24,000 nucleotides of DNA from Pseudohongiella sp. Its GTDB lineage: Bacteria > Pseudomonadota > Gammaproteobacteria > Pseudomonadales > Pseudohongiellaceae. The DNA lies in NCBI RefSeq assembly GCF_040877505.1, contig NZ_JBBDNQ010000046.1, positions 6,432-30,431 of the forward strand, in the 5' to 3' direction. Both the position numbers and the translations under genes were made by a program. Shown one piece after another: positions 14,830 through 24,000 of the stretch. The first letter of the stretch is position 1. Each line of letters begins with the position of its first letter. Under the pieces are notes generated by a model. That model was given only the letters and a program-made list of their open reading frames with translations. It had not been told where the DNA came from and did not search any database.

Positions 14830-15327
14830 TCAGCTGTCATAGGCATGCTGCAGCGCGGCAATATCCAGCTTCTTCATGCGCAGCATGACCTCAGTCACCT
14901 TCTGCACTTTCACCGGATCCGCATCAGTCATCATGTCGCCGAGCACTTTGGGCACCACCTGCCATGACACGCCGAACCGGTCCTTCAGCCAGCCGCATTG
15001 CTGAGCCTCTGCCGGACCGCCGTCGCCCAGCTGCTGCCAGTAGTGATCGATTTCTGCCTGCGTATCGCAGTTGATCTGGAATGAAATGGCCTCACTGAAT
15101 TTGAACACCGGCCCTCCATTGAGCGCGGTGAACGTCTGCCCGTCGAGCACAAACTCCACCACCATCACCGAGCCGGCCGGGCGTTGGTGAAACTCGAACC
15201 CGGCTTCGCCATAACGGCTGATGCGGGTGATGGCGGCATTCTTGAAAATGCCAATATAAAAGTTGGCGGCCTCTTCGGCCTGGGTATCAAACCACAGGCA
15301 GGGACTGACTCGGTGACTGATGGACAT
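14830..15327 (-). CDS. VOC-family protein (PhnB/YjdN-like, 3-demethylubiquinone-9 3-methyltransferase domain)
   Basis: 165-aa ORF. It carries VSPCLWFDTQAEEAANFYIGIF...FTALNGGP.FKFSEAISFQINCDTQAEIDHYW...CGWLKDRFGVSWQVVP, which is typical for this family. Confidence 0.85.
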   Translation of the reverse strand: MSISHRVSPCLWFDTQAEEAANFYIGIFKNAAITRISRYGEAGFEFHQRPAGSVMVVEFVLDGQTFTALNGGPVFKFSEAISFQINCDTQAEIDHYWQQLGDGGPAEAQQCGWLKDRFGVSWQVVPKVLGDMMTDADPVKVQKVTEVMLRMKKLDIAALQHAYDS

Positions 15328-15420
15328 GGGTAGGCTCCTGTTTTATCGGCTTTGGTATTGTATAGTCGTGCCGCTGCGCCGCCGTTCGACAATTGCGTTG
15401 TCGAGGACACAAAAAACCTG

Positions 15421-15451
15421 TTGACCTCAGCTTAGGTTGAGGAATTAACAT
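15421..15451 (+). promoter_or_regulatory. MerR-type promoter with a SoxR-box-like palindrome upstream of the MFS gene
   Basis: TTGACC (15421..15426), a 19-nt spacer, then TAACAT (15446..15451). The spacer contains CCTCAG-CTTAGG-TTGAGG (15425..15442). The layout is identical to the soxR-proximal promoter at 17560..17590. Confidence 0.6.
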
Positions 15452-15478
15452 GGCGGCCAATTCACAGGAGCCAGCAGG

Positions 15479-16954
15479 ATGACAAGCAGGGATCAGGGGC
15501 AGGAAATCATCGACGTTGTTAGCGACATCGTTAGCGACGGTGGTAGTGATGGTCGTGGTAAGGAGTCCGCTCAGCAACAAACCGCAACAGAACCGGCCAC
15601 GCAATGGCGCGCCGTCATCACGCTGGCGCTGGCGACCCTGATTGTGGCCAGTGAACTGACCATGTCGGCTTTTGGTCTGCCCCTGATCGCGCAGGAACTG
15701 GGGGTCAGTTCCCAGGCCACGGCGTGGGTGTTGCTGGCGTATTCATTGCCGCTGGCCGCCATGGCCATTTCCGCCGGCCGCTGGGTCGACCGGGCAGACA
15801 TTCGCTGGGTATTCATGTTGTCGCTGGTCGGTGTCGGGGTCACCAGTGTGCTGACTGCCGTGTCACCGAATTTTCCGATGCTGCTGTTAAGCCGCCTGCT
15901 GCAGGGCCTGGCCAGTGCCCTGTACCTGGCGGTGTATTTCCCCACCGTGACTGCCACCGTGCATGTCAGTGAGCGCGGACGGGCGATGAGCTATATCGCC
16001 ATGATCATGATGGTGGGCAGCATCGCGATGGCGCCACTGGGTGGTTATGTGGCGACTCATCTGGGCTGGCGCGAGGTGTTCCTGGTCAAGTTTCCGTTCC
16101 TGGCGCTGGTGTTGTGGATGGGTTATTACACCATCCCGGGGCTGACGCAAAATGCCGATGGCAGCCGCATCACCTGGCTGCAGCGTCTGCCGTTTCCGGA
16201 CTATTCCATGCTCAGGGAAACCTTGCTGATTGGTGGCTGTGTGGTGTCTGCACTGCTGGCGCTGGAACAGTTTGAAAACCGTCCGCTGCTGGGCGCCGGG
16301 TTGCTGGTCATTGCCACCCTGTTTGGTTGGGTCTGGAGTCGCCAGAGCTCGGCGCGTGGGGTCAGGTCTCTGCTGGGCCGCGCCGAATTTGGTTTGCCAG
16401 TATTGTCGCTGATGCTGCTGGCGTCGACGATGGGCCTGATGGTTTTCTCGTTGCCGTTTTTTATTGCTGACGTCATGCAGCGCAGCCCTGAAGTACTGGG
16501 TGTTGCCATGATGGCGTTTGTCATCACCGCCTCAACCGTCTCCCCGCTGGCGGGAAATATTTCCGATCGATACGGTCCGCAATGGATTTCCGTTTTCGGC
16601 GCGGTGGTGATGCTGGCCGGTGTGGTGAGCATGCTGAGTGTCACCGCGAACGCCGGCGTCTGGGCGCTGTCCTGGCGCATGGCCTGGATTGGTCTGGGCA
16701 TGTCGTTGTTTAATGCGCCCAATATGGCCGCAATACTGCACGCGGCGCCGGCCGGGCAGACGGGGACCGCCGGTGGTATCAGCACGGTGGCACGCACCTT
16801 TGGTAACGCGGTGGGACCTGCTGTGGCCGCAGTGGCGTGGAGTCTGGGTGGCGGCGGACTGGCCGGCTTTCGCGCCGGTGTGATTGTGTTAGCGGCCCTG
16901 ACCTTGTGCGGCGTGATTGCCCTGTTGTTGTCAGGCCGAAAATCGTCTGCCTGA
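15479..16954 (+). CDS. MFS transporter (DHA2/EmrB-like drug:H+ antiporter family)
   Basis: 491-aa polytopic protein. After a 45-aa hydrophilic leader, the N-terminal region ...LIVASELTMSAFGLPLIAQELGVS... is typical of this family. CAGGAG lies 8 nt upstream of the ATG. Confidence 0.85.
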   Translation: MTSRDQGQEIIDVVSDIVSDGGSDGRGKESAQQQTATEPATQWRAVITLALATLIVASELTMSAFGLPLIAQELGVSSQATAWVLLAYSLPLAAMAISAGRWVDRADIRWVFMLSLVGVGVTSVLTAVSPNFPMLLLSRLLQGLASALYLAVYFPTVTATVHVSERGRAMSYIAMIMMVGSIAMAPLGGYVATHLGWREVFLVKFPFLALVLWMGYYTIPGLTQNADGSRITWLQRLPFPDYSMLRETLLIGGCVVSALLALEQFENRPLLGAGLLVIATLFGWVWSRQSSARGVRSLLGRAEFGLPVLSLMLLASTMGLMVFSLPFFIADVMQRSPEVLGVAMMAFVITASTVSPLAGNISDRYGPQWISVFGAVVMLAGVVSMLSVTANAGVWALSWRMAWIGLGMSLFNAPNMAAILHAAPAGQTGTAGGISTVARTFGNAVGPAVAAVAWSLGGGGLAGFRAGVIVLAALTLCGVIALLLSGRKSSA

Positions 16955-17086
16955 GGCTGTCTATCTGACTGACCTGTGAACGACTACCTGATAAATAATG
17001 CAGGGTGATTCACATGTTTAACTGTGTTAATCAGGGCGAAATTTGACCGCATTACCGCGTATGCTTGGTTGGTTTCAAAAAGTCGG

Positions 17087-17548
17087 TCAGTCAGGGTCGG
17101 TTTCCAGCAGTCGGGCGCCGGGACCTTCCTCGCCCAGTTCATCCCAGGGGTTACGCAATGGGCAGTCGCGCAGTGACAGGCAACCGCAACCGATACAGCT
17201 GCTAAGCTGTTCGCGTAAGCGGGTCAGTTGATCGATGCGTTCGTCCAGATCCCGGCGCCAGCGCGCCGAAAGTTTTCGCCAGTCGGTCGCGGTCGGGTTG
17301 CGGCCGTCAGGCAATGAGCGCAGGGCATCACCGATGTCTTTCAGAGGAATGCCGGTGCGCTGTGCCACTTTGATGATGGCGACACGGCGTAACACACTGC
17401 GCGGAAAACGACGTTGGTTGCCCTGGGTGCGCCAGCTCTTGATCAGGCCTTTTTGTTCATAGAAATGAATGGCGGAGACGGTGACGCCGCTACGCTGCGC
17501 CAGCTCGCCAACGCTCAACTCGGTATGAAACGTGTCGTGATCGGACAT
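17087..17548 (-). CDS. soxR: redox-sensitive transcriptional activator SoxR (MerR family, [2Fe-2S])
   Basis: 153-aa ORF from the ATG at 17548. The MerR HTH is [26 protein letters not shown]. The C-terminal cluster motif is [17 protein letters not shown]. The longer track ORF (to 17962) is rejected. Confidence 0.9.
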   Translation of the reverse strand: MSDHDTFHTELSVGELAQRSGVTVSAIHFYEQKGLIKSWRTQGNQRRFPRSVLRRVAIIKVAQRTGIPLKDIGDALRSLPDGRNPTATDWRKLSARWRRDLDERIDQLTRLREQLSSCIGCGCLSLRDCPLRNPWDELGEEGPGARLLETDPD

Positions 17549-17559
17549 GATAAAAACGC

Positions 17560-17590
17560 TTGACCTCAATATTACTTGAGGTTTTACCAT
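17560..17590 (+). promoter_or_regulatory. SoxR-box promoter (19-bp spacer), divergent from soxR, driving the FMN-reductase gene
   Basis: TTGACC (17560..17565), a 19-nt spacer, then TACCAT (17585..17590). The palindrome CCTCAA-TATTAC-TTGAGG lies at 17564..17581, matching the CCTCAAnnnnnnTTGAGG SoxR box. Confidence 0.75.
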
Positions 17591-17636
17591 GCGTTCAGTG
17601 ATGAGTGCAAGCCATAAGATATAAAGGAGTTCTGAT

Positions 17637-18230
17637 ATGGCATTCGACCAACCAAACGTGGAAAAAATCAAAGTGGCCGTGGTGATGGGCAGCACTCGTG
17701 CCGGGCGCTTCTGTGACACCGTTACCGCCTGGCTCATGTCGGCGTTTGAAGGACGCTGCGAATTTTCGGTGCAGGTCATTGATCCGGCCGAGTTGCCGAT
17801 GCCGGGCTGGGCCGATCTGCAGGAAAGTGCGGGCGTCGCAGAATTGCGACAGCGTCTGGATGACGCGGACGCATTTATTGTGGTGACTCCGGAATACAAC
17901 CATAGTTTCACAGGCGCCCTTAAAACCGTCATTGATATGGCGTATGAAGAGTGGCAGGCCAAGCCGGTTGGTTTTGTGTCCTATGGCGGCGTGTCGGGCG
18001 GACTGCGCGCCGTAGAGCAGTTACGACTGGTGTTTGCTGAACTGCATGCGGTGACATTGCGCGACAGTGTGAGTTTTGCCAGCGCCTGGAACCGCTTTGA
18101 TGAGCACGGCCAACTCAGGGAGCCTGAGGCGGCGGAAAAATCGCTGAACAGAATGTTGGCGAAACTGCACTGGTGGGCCAGCGCGTTGCGGGACGCGAGA
18201 CAACAACGGACGTACAGCCAGGTGGCGTAG
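17637..18230 (+). CDS. NAD(P)H-dependent FMN reductase family oxidoreductase
   Basis: 197-aa ORF. It carries [15 protein letters not shown]...[23 protein letters not shown]...[28 protein letters not shown] lies 8 nt upstream of the ATG. Confidence 0.85.
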   Translation: MAFDQPNVEKIKVAVVMGSTRAGRFCDTVTAWLMSAFEGRCEFSVQVIDPAELPMPGWADLQESAGVAELRQRLDDADAFIVVTPEYNHSFTGALKTVIDMAYEEWQAKPVGFVSYGGVSGGLRAVEQLRLVFAELHAVTLRDSVSFASAWNRFDEHGQLREPEAAEKSLNRMLAKLHWWASALRDARQQRTYSQVA

Positions 18231-18267
18231 GCGTCGAAATGTTATGTAGAACAACAGGAGAGAATGC

Positions 18268-19230
18268 ATGCAGGAACACCCCATTATCAGTGTCAAAAAC
18301 CTGAGCAAAGTTTACCCCTCAGGTTTTCATGCACTGGACAAGGTCAATCTGAGCATCAAACGTGGCGAGATCTTCGCCTTGCTTGGCCCCAACGGCGCCG
18401 GCAAGACCACCCTGATCAGTATTTTGTGTGGCCTGGTCAATCCGGGTGAGGGTGAGTTGAAGGTGGATGGCCTGGATATCATTCGCGACTACCGCGCGGT
18501 ACGCAAAAAGATTGGCCTGGTACCTCAGGAACTCGCCGTCAGCATGTTCGAGACGGTCTGGGATACAGTGACGCTGACGCGTGGTCTGTATGGACGCAAA
18601 CCGGACGACAGTTATCTGGAAAAGCTGCTGCGCAGCCTGTCGCTGTGGGACAAGAAGGACAGCAAGATTATGGCGCTGTCGGGTGGCATGAAACGCCGGG
18701 TCCTGATTGCCAAGGCCCTGTCGCACCAGCCGCAGATTCTGTTTCTGGACGAACCCACGGCTGGCGTTGATGTCGAGTTGCGTCGTGACATGTGGCAGAT
18801 GATCCGTCAGCTGCGCCAGGACGGCGTCACCATCATTCTGACCACGCACTATATCGAGGAAGCCGAAGACATGGCGGACCGGATTGGTGTGATCAACAAG
18901 GGTCAGATCGTGCTGGTGGAAGACAAAGCCGAACTGATGAAGAAGCTGGGCAAACGGGAAATGTTGATGGAGTTGCCTGCGCCGTTGTCGGCCTTGCCGG
19001 CTGGACTCAGCATCGATGGTCTGGAACTCAGCGACGACGGCAGCAAGCTGGTGTACACCTACGATACCCGCAGCGACTACGGCGAAATCGGCCGGGTAGT
19101 GCGCACGCTGTATGACCATGGCATTGAGTTCAAGGATCTGAAGACTTCACAGAGTTCACTGGAAGACATATTTGTCAGCCTGGTGTCCGGCGATGATGCC
19201 CGAACGATTGCACAAGGAGACCCAAAATGA
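18268..19230 (+). CDS. ABC transporter ATP-binding protein (ABC-2/DrrA/YadG-like)
   Basis: Walker [10 protein letters not shown], signature LSGGMKRR and Walker [13 protein letters not shown]. Confidence 0.9.
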   Translation: MQEHPIISVKNLSKVYPSGFHALDKVNLSIKRGEIFALLGPNGAGKTTLISILCGLVNPGEGELKVDGLDIIRDYRAVRKKIGLVPQELAVSMFETVWDTVTLTRGLYGRKPDDSYLEKLLRSLSLWDKKDSKIMALSGGMKRRVLIAKALSHQPQILFLDEPTAGVDVELRRDMWQMIRQLRQDGVTIILTTHYIEEAEDMADRIGVINKGQIVLVEDKAELMKKLGKREMLMELPAPLSALPAGLSIDGLELSDDGSKLVYTYDTRSDYGEIGRVVRTLYDHGIEFKDLKTSQSSLEDIFVSLVSGDDARTIAQGDPK

Positions 19231-19988
19231 ATTACCAGGCTATCAAGGCGATTTACAGGTTCGAAATGAAAAGAACATTCCGCACCATGTTGCAGAGCAT
19301 TGTATCGCCGGTGCTGACCACCTCCCTGTACTTTATTGTTTTTGGTTCGGCTATTGGTTCACGCATGACCGAGATCGACGGCATTGGCTATGCGGCGTAC
19401 ATTGTGCCGGGTCTGATACTTTTGACCGTGCTGGTGGAAAGCATCAATAACGCCGCCTTTGGTATCTATATGCCCAAGTTTACCGGCACCATCTATGAAG
19501 TGCTGGCAGCGCCCATGTCTGCGTTTGAAATCGTGCTGGGTTACGTGGGTGCGGCGGCGACCAAATCGGTGATGCTGGGCCTGATCATTCTGGTGACGGC
19601 GCGCTTCTTTGTTGATTTCTCGATAGTCTATCCGTTGTGGATGCTGGCCTTTCTGGTGCTGATATCCGTGACCTTCTGCCTGCTTGGTTTTATTCTGGGG
19701 GTGTGGGCCGATGGCTTTGAGCGCTTGCAGATTGTGCCGATGATGATCGTGATGCCGCTGACCTTTCTGGGCGGCAGTTTCTATTCCATCAGCATGCTGC
19801 CGCCGGTGTGGCAGACCATCACGCTGTTTAATCCTGTGGTGTATCTGGTGAACGGATTTCGCTGGGCCTTTTACGGCGTGTCGGACGTGAACGCTGCCTT
19901 CAGTCTAGGCATGATTGTGCTGTTTATGCTGATTTGTCTGGGCATTATCTGGTGGATATTCCGCACCGGCTACAAGATCAAGGTGTGA
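19227..19988 (+). CDS. ABC-2 type transporter permease (YadH-like)
   Basis: 253-aa protein with about 6 TM segments. The start overlaps the ATPase stop (ATGA at 19227..19230). Confidence 0.9.
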   Translation: MNYQAIKAIYRFEMKRTFRTMLQSIVSPVLTTSLYFIVFGSAIGSRMTEIDGIGYAAYIVPGLILLTVLVESINNAAFGIYMPKFTGTIYEVLAAPMSAFEIVLGYVGAAATKSVMLGLIILVTARFFVDFSIVYPLWMLAFLVLISVTFCLLGFILGVWADGFERLQIVPMMIVMPLTFLGGSFYSISMLPPVWQTITLFNPVVYLVNGFRWAFYGVSDVNAAFSLGMIVLFMLICLGIIWWIFRTGYKIKV

Positions 19989-19997
19989 CCTACGCTT

Positions 19998-20924
19998 TTA
20001 CACCCAGCCCTGCAGCAACCCGTACCACAGGGGCAGGGTGATAAAACTGCACAGCAGGCCCAGCCCGACCAGCGCGGCGACAAGCCGGGGCGCCAGTGAC
20101 GCCCCGATGGCCAGCGCGCCGGCGGTGATCATCGGCGGCATGGCGGCCTGCAGAATCACCACCTGCATCAGTAACGGCTGCGGCTGCAACAGCCATAACA
20201 GGCCCAATGCGATGGCCGGCATCAGCAGCAGTTTAAAACCCAGCGCAAACACCAGCGGCGTGGTCTGCCCGGTCTCCAGTTTCAGGCGCAACTGGAAACC
20301 CACGGCAATCATCACCACGGGCACCAGCGTGGCGGCCAGCGAGTCCAGCAACAGTTCCATGAACGGTGAATAGCTCGTGCCCTTCAAAACCAGCCCCAGC
20401 ACCAGCCCCAGAACCAGAGCAACAAAGGCGGGGAACAGCAGGATCTTTTTTAGGATCTGCGCGCCACTGGGCCGGACATCGGCCGCCGGATTGAACCAGG
20501 CTGCCACAATCGCGGCGTAAGTGACCAGTGCCAGAAAGGATCCGGCCTGGTCATAGATGATGGCAAACGGCAGTCCGGCATCACCGTAAAACGCCTCCAC
20601 CATGGGATAACCCAGAAAGGAGGTATTGCCCAGTGGCAGCACCACCAGCAGTGCGCCCGTCACATTGCGCGGCCACTGCCACAACCTGGCGGCCAGCAGC
20701 ACGGCGCCGGCGGTCACCAGCAGCAGCGCCCAGGGCAACACCGCCGGTATCCAGAGCTGACTGGAAAAATCCAGCAGGGGTATTTTCTGCAACACCAGCG
20801 CTGGTAGCGCCACGTACAACACATATTGATTCAGCACAGTGCCGGTATCGGCGGGGAACTGCCTGACCCGGCGCAACAAAGTGCCAATTAGCAGGTAGAC
20901 CAGAATCAGAACAAAGTTTTCCAT
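19998..20924 (-). CDS. AEC (auxin efflux carrier) family transporter
   Basis: Polytopic membrane protein beginning MENFVLILVYLLIGTLLRR.... I prefer the ATG at 20924, 1 nt after the regulator's stop, over the TTG at 20945 used by the track. Confidence 0.85.
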   Translation of the reverse strand: MENFVLILVYLLIGTLLRRVRQFPADTGTVLNQYVLYVALPALVLQKIPLLDFSSQLWIPAVLPWALLLVTAGAVLLAARLWQWPRNVTGALLVVLPLGNTSFLGYPMVEAFYGDAGLPFAIIYDQAGSFLALVTYAAIVAAWFNPAADVRPSGAQILKKILLFPAFVALVLGLVLGLVLKGTSYSPFMELLLDSLAATLVPVVMIAVGFQLRLKLETGQTTPLVFALGFKLLLMPAIALGLLWLLQPQPLLMQVVILQAAMPPMITAGALAIGASLAPRLVAALVGLGLLCSFITLPLWYGLLQGWV

Positions 20925-20925
20925 G

Positions 20926-21885
20926 TCAGCTACCGGCCGCGTCAAGCAGGCGCTGGGCCTGGTCGCGTAATGCCTGTTTCAATTCCGTTGGGCCCTGCAC
21001 TGTAAATCGGAAAGGCATATGCGATAACCACCAGGCAAACCATTGGTAACTATCGGTGTGGGTGTTGAGCAACAGACCGTCTTCCTGTTGCTGAAACATG
21101 TCCACGATGTCCGGATGGAACCCAAACATCTTGGCCGCCGTATCAGCGTCAGTGTGCAGCACAACCGACACTGGGTATTCGCGCGGCATGTTGCTGAAAC
21201 TACGACTGAGGTGTTCGGCGGCATCAAAGCGTTGTGGTCGAGTAAAGCTGTGTTCCAGTGTTTTGACCTTCTGGATGCGATCCAGGCGGAATGAGCGAAG
21301 GTCCGAGCGCAGGTGACAGTACCCACTGACATACCAGCGCCCACGCCGGAACACCAGCCCGTACGGATCCATGTCGCGCTGCATCACCTCTTCCTTTGGC
21401 GAGCGGTAAACGAAACTCACGCGTCGTTCGGACTGGATGGCGGTGGTCAGTGTGAGCAGCGTGCGGTTATCGTAACTGGGCTCTACGCGCGGCAGTATCA
21501 GGCGGGTGGTATCGCTGACCGCGCGTACGCGCTGCTTCAGATTGGCCGGCATGACCCGTTCCAGTTTGGCCTGCACGCTGGCAATAGCCGGCGTTGATTC
21601 TGCCAGTCCAAGTTGCTGCGCCGCCAGCAGACCCAGCGACACTGCCAGGGTTTCTTCGTCGGTGAACATCATCGGTGGCAGCTTGAATCCGGCTACCAGC
21701 ATGTAACCACCGTAGCGTCCCTGTTCGGTGGTTACCGGAATGCCGAGCTCTTCCAGCACGGTGATGTAGCGGCGCGCAGTACGGACATCAACGTCCAGGC
21801 GCTGGGCAATCTCGCCACCGGTCAAACGGCCATGAGTTTGCAGTAGTTCCAGAAGTGCCATCACCCTGGTCGTTGGTCCGGGCAT
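20926..21885 (-). CDS. YafY-family transcriptional regulator (HTH plus WYL domain)
   Basis: 319-aa ORF. The N-terminal HTH is RVMALLELLQTHGRLTGGEIAQRLDVDVRTARRYITVLEELGIPV. The central WYL-like region includes RVSFVYRSP...DPYGLVFRRGRWYVSGY. Confidence 0.85.
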   Translation of the reverse strand: MPGPTTRVMALLELLQTHGRLTGGEIAQRLDVDVRTARRYITVLEELGIPVTTEQGRYGGYMLVAGFKLPPMMFTDEETLAVSLGLLAAQQLGLAESTPAIASVQAKLERVMPANLKQRVRAVSDTTRLILPRVEPSYDNRTLLTLTTAIQSERRVSFVYRSPKEEVMQRDMDPYGLVFRRGRWYVSGYCHLRSDLRSFRLDRIQKVKTLEHSFTRPQRFDAAEHLSRSFSNMPREYPVSVVLHTDADTAAKMFGFHPDIVDMFQQQEDGLLLNTHTDSYQWFAWWLSHMPFRFTVQGPTELKQALRDQAQRLLDAAGS

Positions 21886-21935
21886 AGTGCGTCCCTCTTT
21901 TGATGGCGGGTCAAGGCTGACTCGTTGGGGTTAGG

Positions 21936-23402
21936 TCATTGCTGCCAGCCGCCTCCCAGAGCTTTATACACACTGACGACGCTCAGTGCCATATCGGTTT
22001 CGCTTTGCGTTAACAAATCCTCTGCTTCCAGTTGGGTGCGCTGGGCGTCGAGCACGTCCAGAAAACTGTCAGATCCCGCTTCAAAACGCTCTGCCGCCAG
22101 GTTGCTTGCGTGTGTGCTGGCCTCGGCCGCTGACCGCAGTCGTGCCTGCCGTTCGCTCTCCCGGTCCAATGCACTGATCGCATTCTCCACGTCTTCCAGC
22201 GCCAGTAGCAGGGTTTGTTCAAAGCGCGCGAGCCCCATGCGTACACGAATATCCTGCGCATCAATACGATTGTGCACCCGGCCCATGTCAAATGCATCCC
22301 AGCTCACACGTGGACCGAACAGATAATTAAGTGTGCCGCCGGAACCCAGGTCGGCGAAATGTGTGGCCAGAAAGCCGATACTGCCGCTGATGGAAATACG
22401 CGGATACAGATCGCTGACACTGACCTGGTAACGCGCGATGTCGGCACTCAACTGATGTTCGGCGCGACGCAGGTCCGGGCGTCGTTGCAGCAGAGTGGCC
22501 GGGTCCCCGGTAGCGATGGACGGCGGTATTGATGGCAATGGCTGGACATCACTCATTTGCTGGACCAATGTTCGCGGCGCCTGTCCGGTCAGCACAGACA
22601 GCCGGCGCACGGTCTGCTCAATCTGGGCGTCCAGCGCCGGTAGCCGTGCACGTACCAACTCAAGCTGGGTCAGTGCCCGTTGCACATCCAGTGCATCGCC
22701 CATACCGGCGTTCATCAGTTGCACGGTCAGCTCGTGTGATTGCATCAGGTTGTTGCTGTGGCGTTGGGCCACACTGCGGCGTTGCTGCAGCCCACGCAGC
22801 TGAATATAACGTGCGGCCACTTCCGCGGCCAGGCTGACATAAACGCCATCAAGTTCTGCCTGGGTCGCTGCCACCTCGGCGTTGGCGGCGGCCACTGTGT
22901 GTCGCACGCGGCCAAAAAGGTCGAGCTCCCAACTGGCGTCAAACCCGGCGCTGTAACTGTCAAAAGGATTGTCCGGGGCTGGCCGGCCGCTGGCATCCGC
23001 CACGCGTTGCCGGTTGGCGTCCACCGAGCTTGAAGTGGTCGGTCGATAGTTCAGCTGTTCACCGTCGCGTAGCGTCCTTGCCAGCGCCAGGTTGTCCAGT
23101 GCAATACGCACATCGTGGTTATGTTGCATGGCTTCATCTATCAACGCATTCAGCCTTTGGTCGTACAGCTGTCGCCACCACTGCGCGACAACTTCTCCCG
23201 TGTCGATGGCAACAGTTTGCGAAACACCGGTCGACTGATCAAACGCAGTCGGCAGCAGGGCGTCGCCCGACGCGCGGGGGTCCACGGAGGAACCGGGTGC
23301 GGAGCTGGCGCAGGCCGTCAACAATACCAATGCACAAGCCAGCGTCAGCGCCCGGGCATTGGCGACATTAAGTTTAAATGTTGTTCCAGAAAGACGCATC
23401 AA
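21936..23402 (-). CDS. RND efflux outer-membrane factor lipoprotein (NodT/OprM family)
   Basis: 488-aa ORF with lipobox LLTAC. Its size and repeat structure are typical of OMF proteins. The start overlaps the upstream RND gene stop by 4 nt. Confidence 0.9.
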   Translation of the reverse strand: MMRLSGTTFKLNVANARALTLACALVLLTACASSAPGSSVDPRASGDALLPTAFDQSTGVSQTVAIDTGEVVAQWWRQLYDQRLNALIDEAMQHNHDVRIALDNLALARTLRDGEQLNYRPTTSSSVDANRQRVADASGRPAPDNPFDSYSAGFDASWELDLFGRVRHTVAAANAEVAATQAELDGVYVSLAAEVAARYIQLRGLQQRRSVAQRHSNNLMQSHELTVQLMNAGMGDALDVQRALTQLELVRARLPALDAQIEQTVRRLSVLTGQAPRTLVQQMSDVQPLPSIPPSIATGDPATLLQRRPDLRRAEHQLSADIARYQVSVSDLYPRISISGSIGFLATHFADLGSGGTLNYLFGPRVSWDAFDMGRVHNRIDAQDIRVRMGLARFEQTLLLALEDVENAISALDRESERQARLRSAAEASTHASNLAAERFEAGSDSFLDVLDAQRTQLEAEDLLTQSETDMALSVVSVYKALGGGWQQ

Positions 23403-24000
23403 TCGATCTCCGCAATCGGGGTAGTTTGGGGCTGTTCTACGGTTTTGGTTCTGCGAAAGCGCTCTTCAGCGCTACGCAGCACGACATAAAACACCGGGGT
23501 CAACATCAGACTGAACAGGGTGACGCCGATCATGCCGGAGAACACGGCCAGCCCCATGATGTTGCGCATCTCCGCGCCGGCACCGGTTGAAATCACCATG
23601 GGTAGCACGCCCATGATAAACGCCAGTGACGTCATCAGGATCGGGCGCAGGCGAAGCCGGGCTGCTTCGACGGCGGCCGCCGTGATAGTCATGCCCTTGT
23701 GTTCAAGCTCACGCGCGAACTCCACAATCAAAATGGCGTTTTTACTCGCCAGCCCCAGCAACACAAACAGACTGATCTGGGTGAAGATATTGATGGTATC
23801 GCCCGCCAGCCAGATGCCGACCAGGGCGGCAATGGCGCTGAGCGGCAGGATCATGATCACGGCCAACGGCAGCGTCAGACTTTCATATTGCGCGGCAAGT
23901 ACCATGTACACCAGTAACAGACACAACGGGAAGATAAGCAGTGCGGTATTGCCCGCCAGTACTTCCTGATAGGTCAGGTCGGTCCATTCATAAGCCATGC
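23399..24000 (-). CDS. RND efflux pump inner-membrane permease (AcrB/MexB family), C-terminal part; gene continues past the window end
   Basis: The C-terminal TM bundle sequence is LLGLASKNAILIVEFARELEHKGMTITAAAVEAARLRLRPILMTSLAFIMGVLPMVISTGAGAE. Confidence 0.9.
   Translation of the reverse strand, partial: MAYEWTDLTYQEVLAGNTALLIFPLCLLLVYMVLAAQYESLTLPLAVIMILPLSAIAALVGIWLAGDTINIFTQISLFVLLGLASKNAILIVEFARELEHKGMTITAAAVEAARLRLRPILMTSLAFIMGVLPMVISTGAGAEMRNIMGLAVFSGMIGVTLFSLMLTPVFYVVLRSAEERFRRTKTVEQPQTTPIAEID

Noticed and set aside
17087-17962. 291-aa extended form of the soxR ORF
   Set aside because: The N-terminal 138 aa would run through the SoxR-box promoter and antisense into the FMN-reductase gene. 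The ATG at 17548 gives a canonical 153-aa SoxR.

Overview
The window has two parts. A visibly AT-rich accessory island of about 9 kb (about 361..9434) sits between GC-rich core genes, a DsbA-like gene at 1..348 and cydB. GC content was judged by eye, not computed. The rest (9461..24000) is ordinary GC-rich proteobacterial chromosome. It holds a cydAB-type cytochrome bd oxidase, an ECF42-like sigma factor with DGPF/YCII proteins, VOC proteins and a small AT-rich brnA islet. It also holds a SoxR regulator with two SoxR-box promoters (an MFS pump; an FMN reductase plus ABC-2 transporter), an AEC transporter, a WYL/YafY regulator, and the end of an RND efflux operon.

In the island every credible ORF is on the minus strand. 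I saw no integrase, transposase, tRNA or CRISPR array. The products are mostly unrecognisable: membrane-anchored helical proteins, a PIN-like protein, an OLD/AriA-like ABC ATPase without a visible Toprim domain, a coiled-coil protein, a wHTH protein coupled to a small G-N-X repeat protein, and a lipoprotein.

Several modules are bracketed by short reverse-complementary boundary motifs: (G/A/C)TTAGnn just upstream of the start and nnCTAAC just after the stop. At least one spacer folds into a long bulged imperfect hairpin. My leading hypothesis is an integron-type gene-cassette array without a nearby integrase (CALIN-like). It would carry candidate anti-phage or abortive-infection cassettes and might be read through from cydAB. 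This rests on manual pattern reading and needs a covariance-model search and homology or structure searches.
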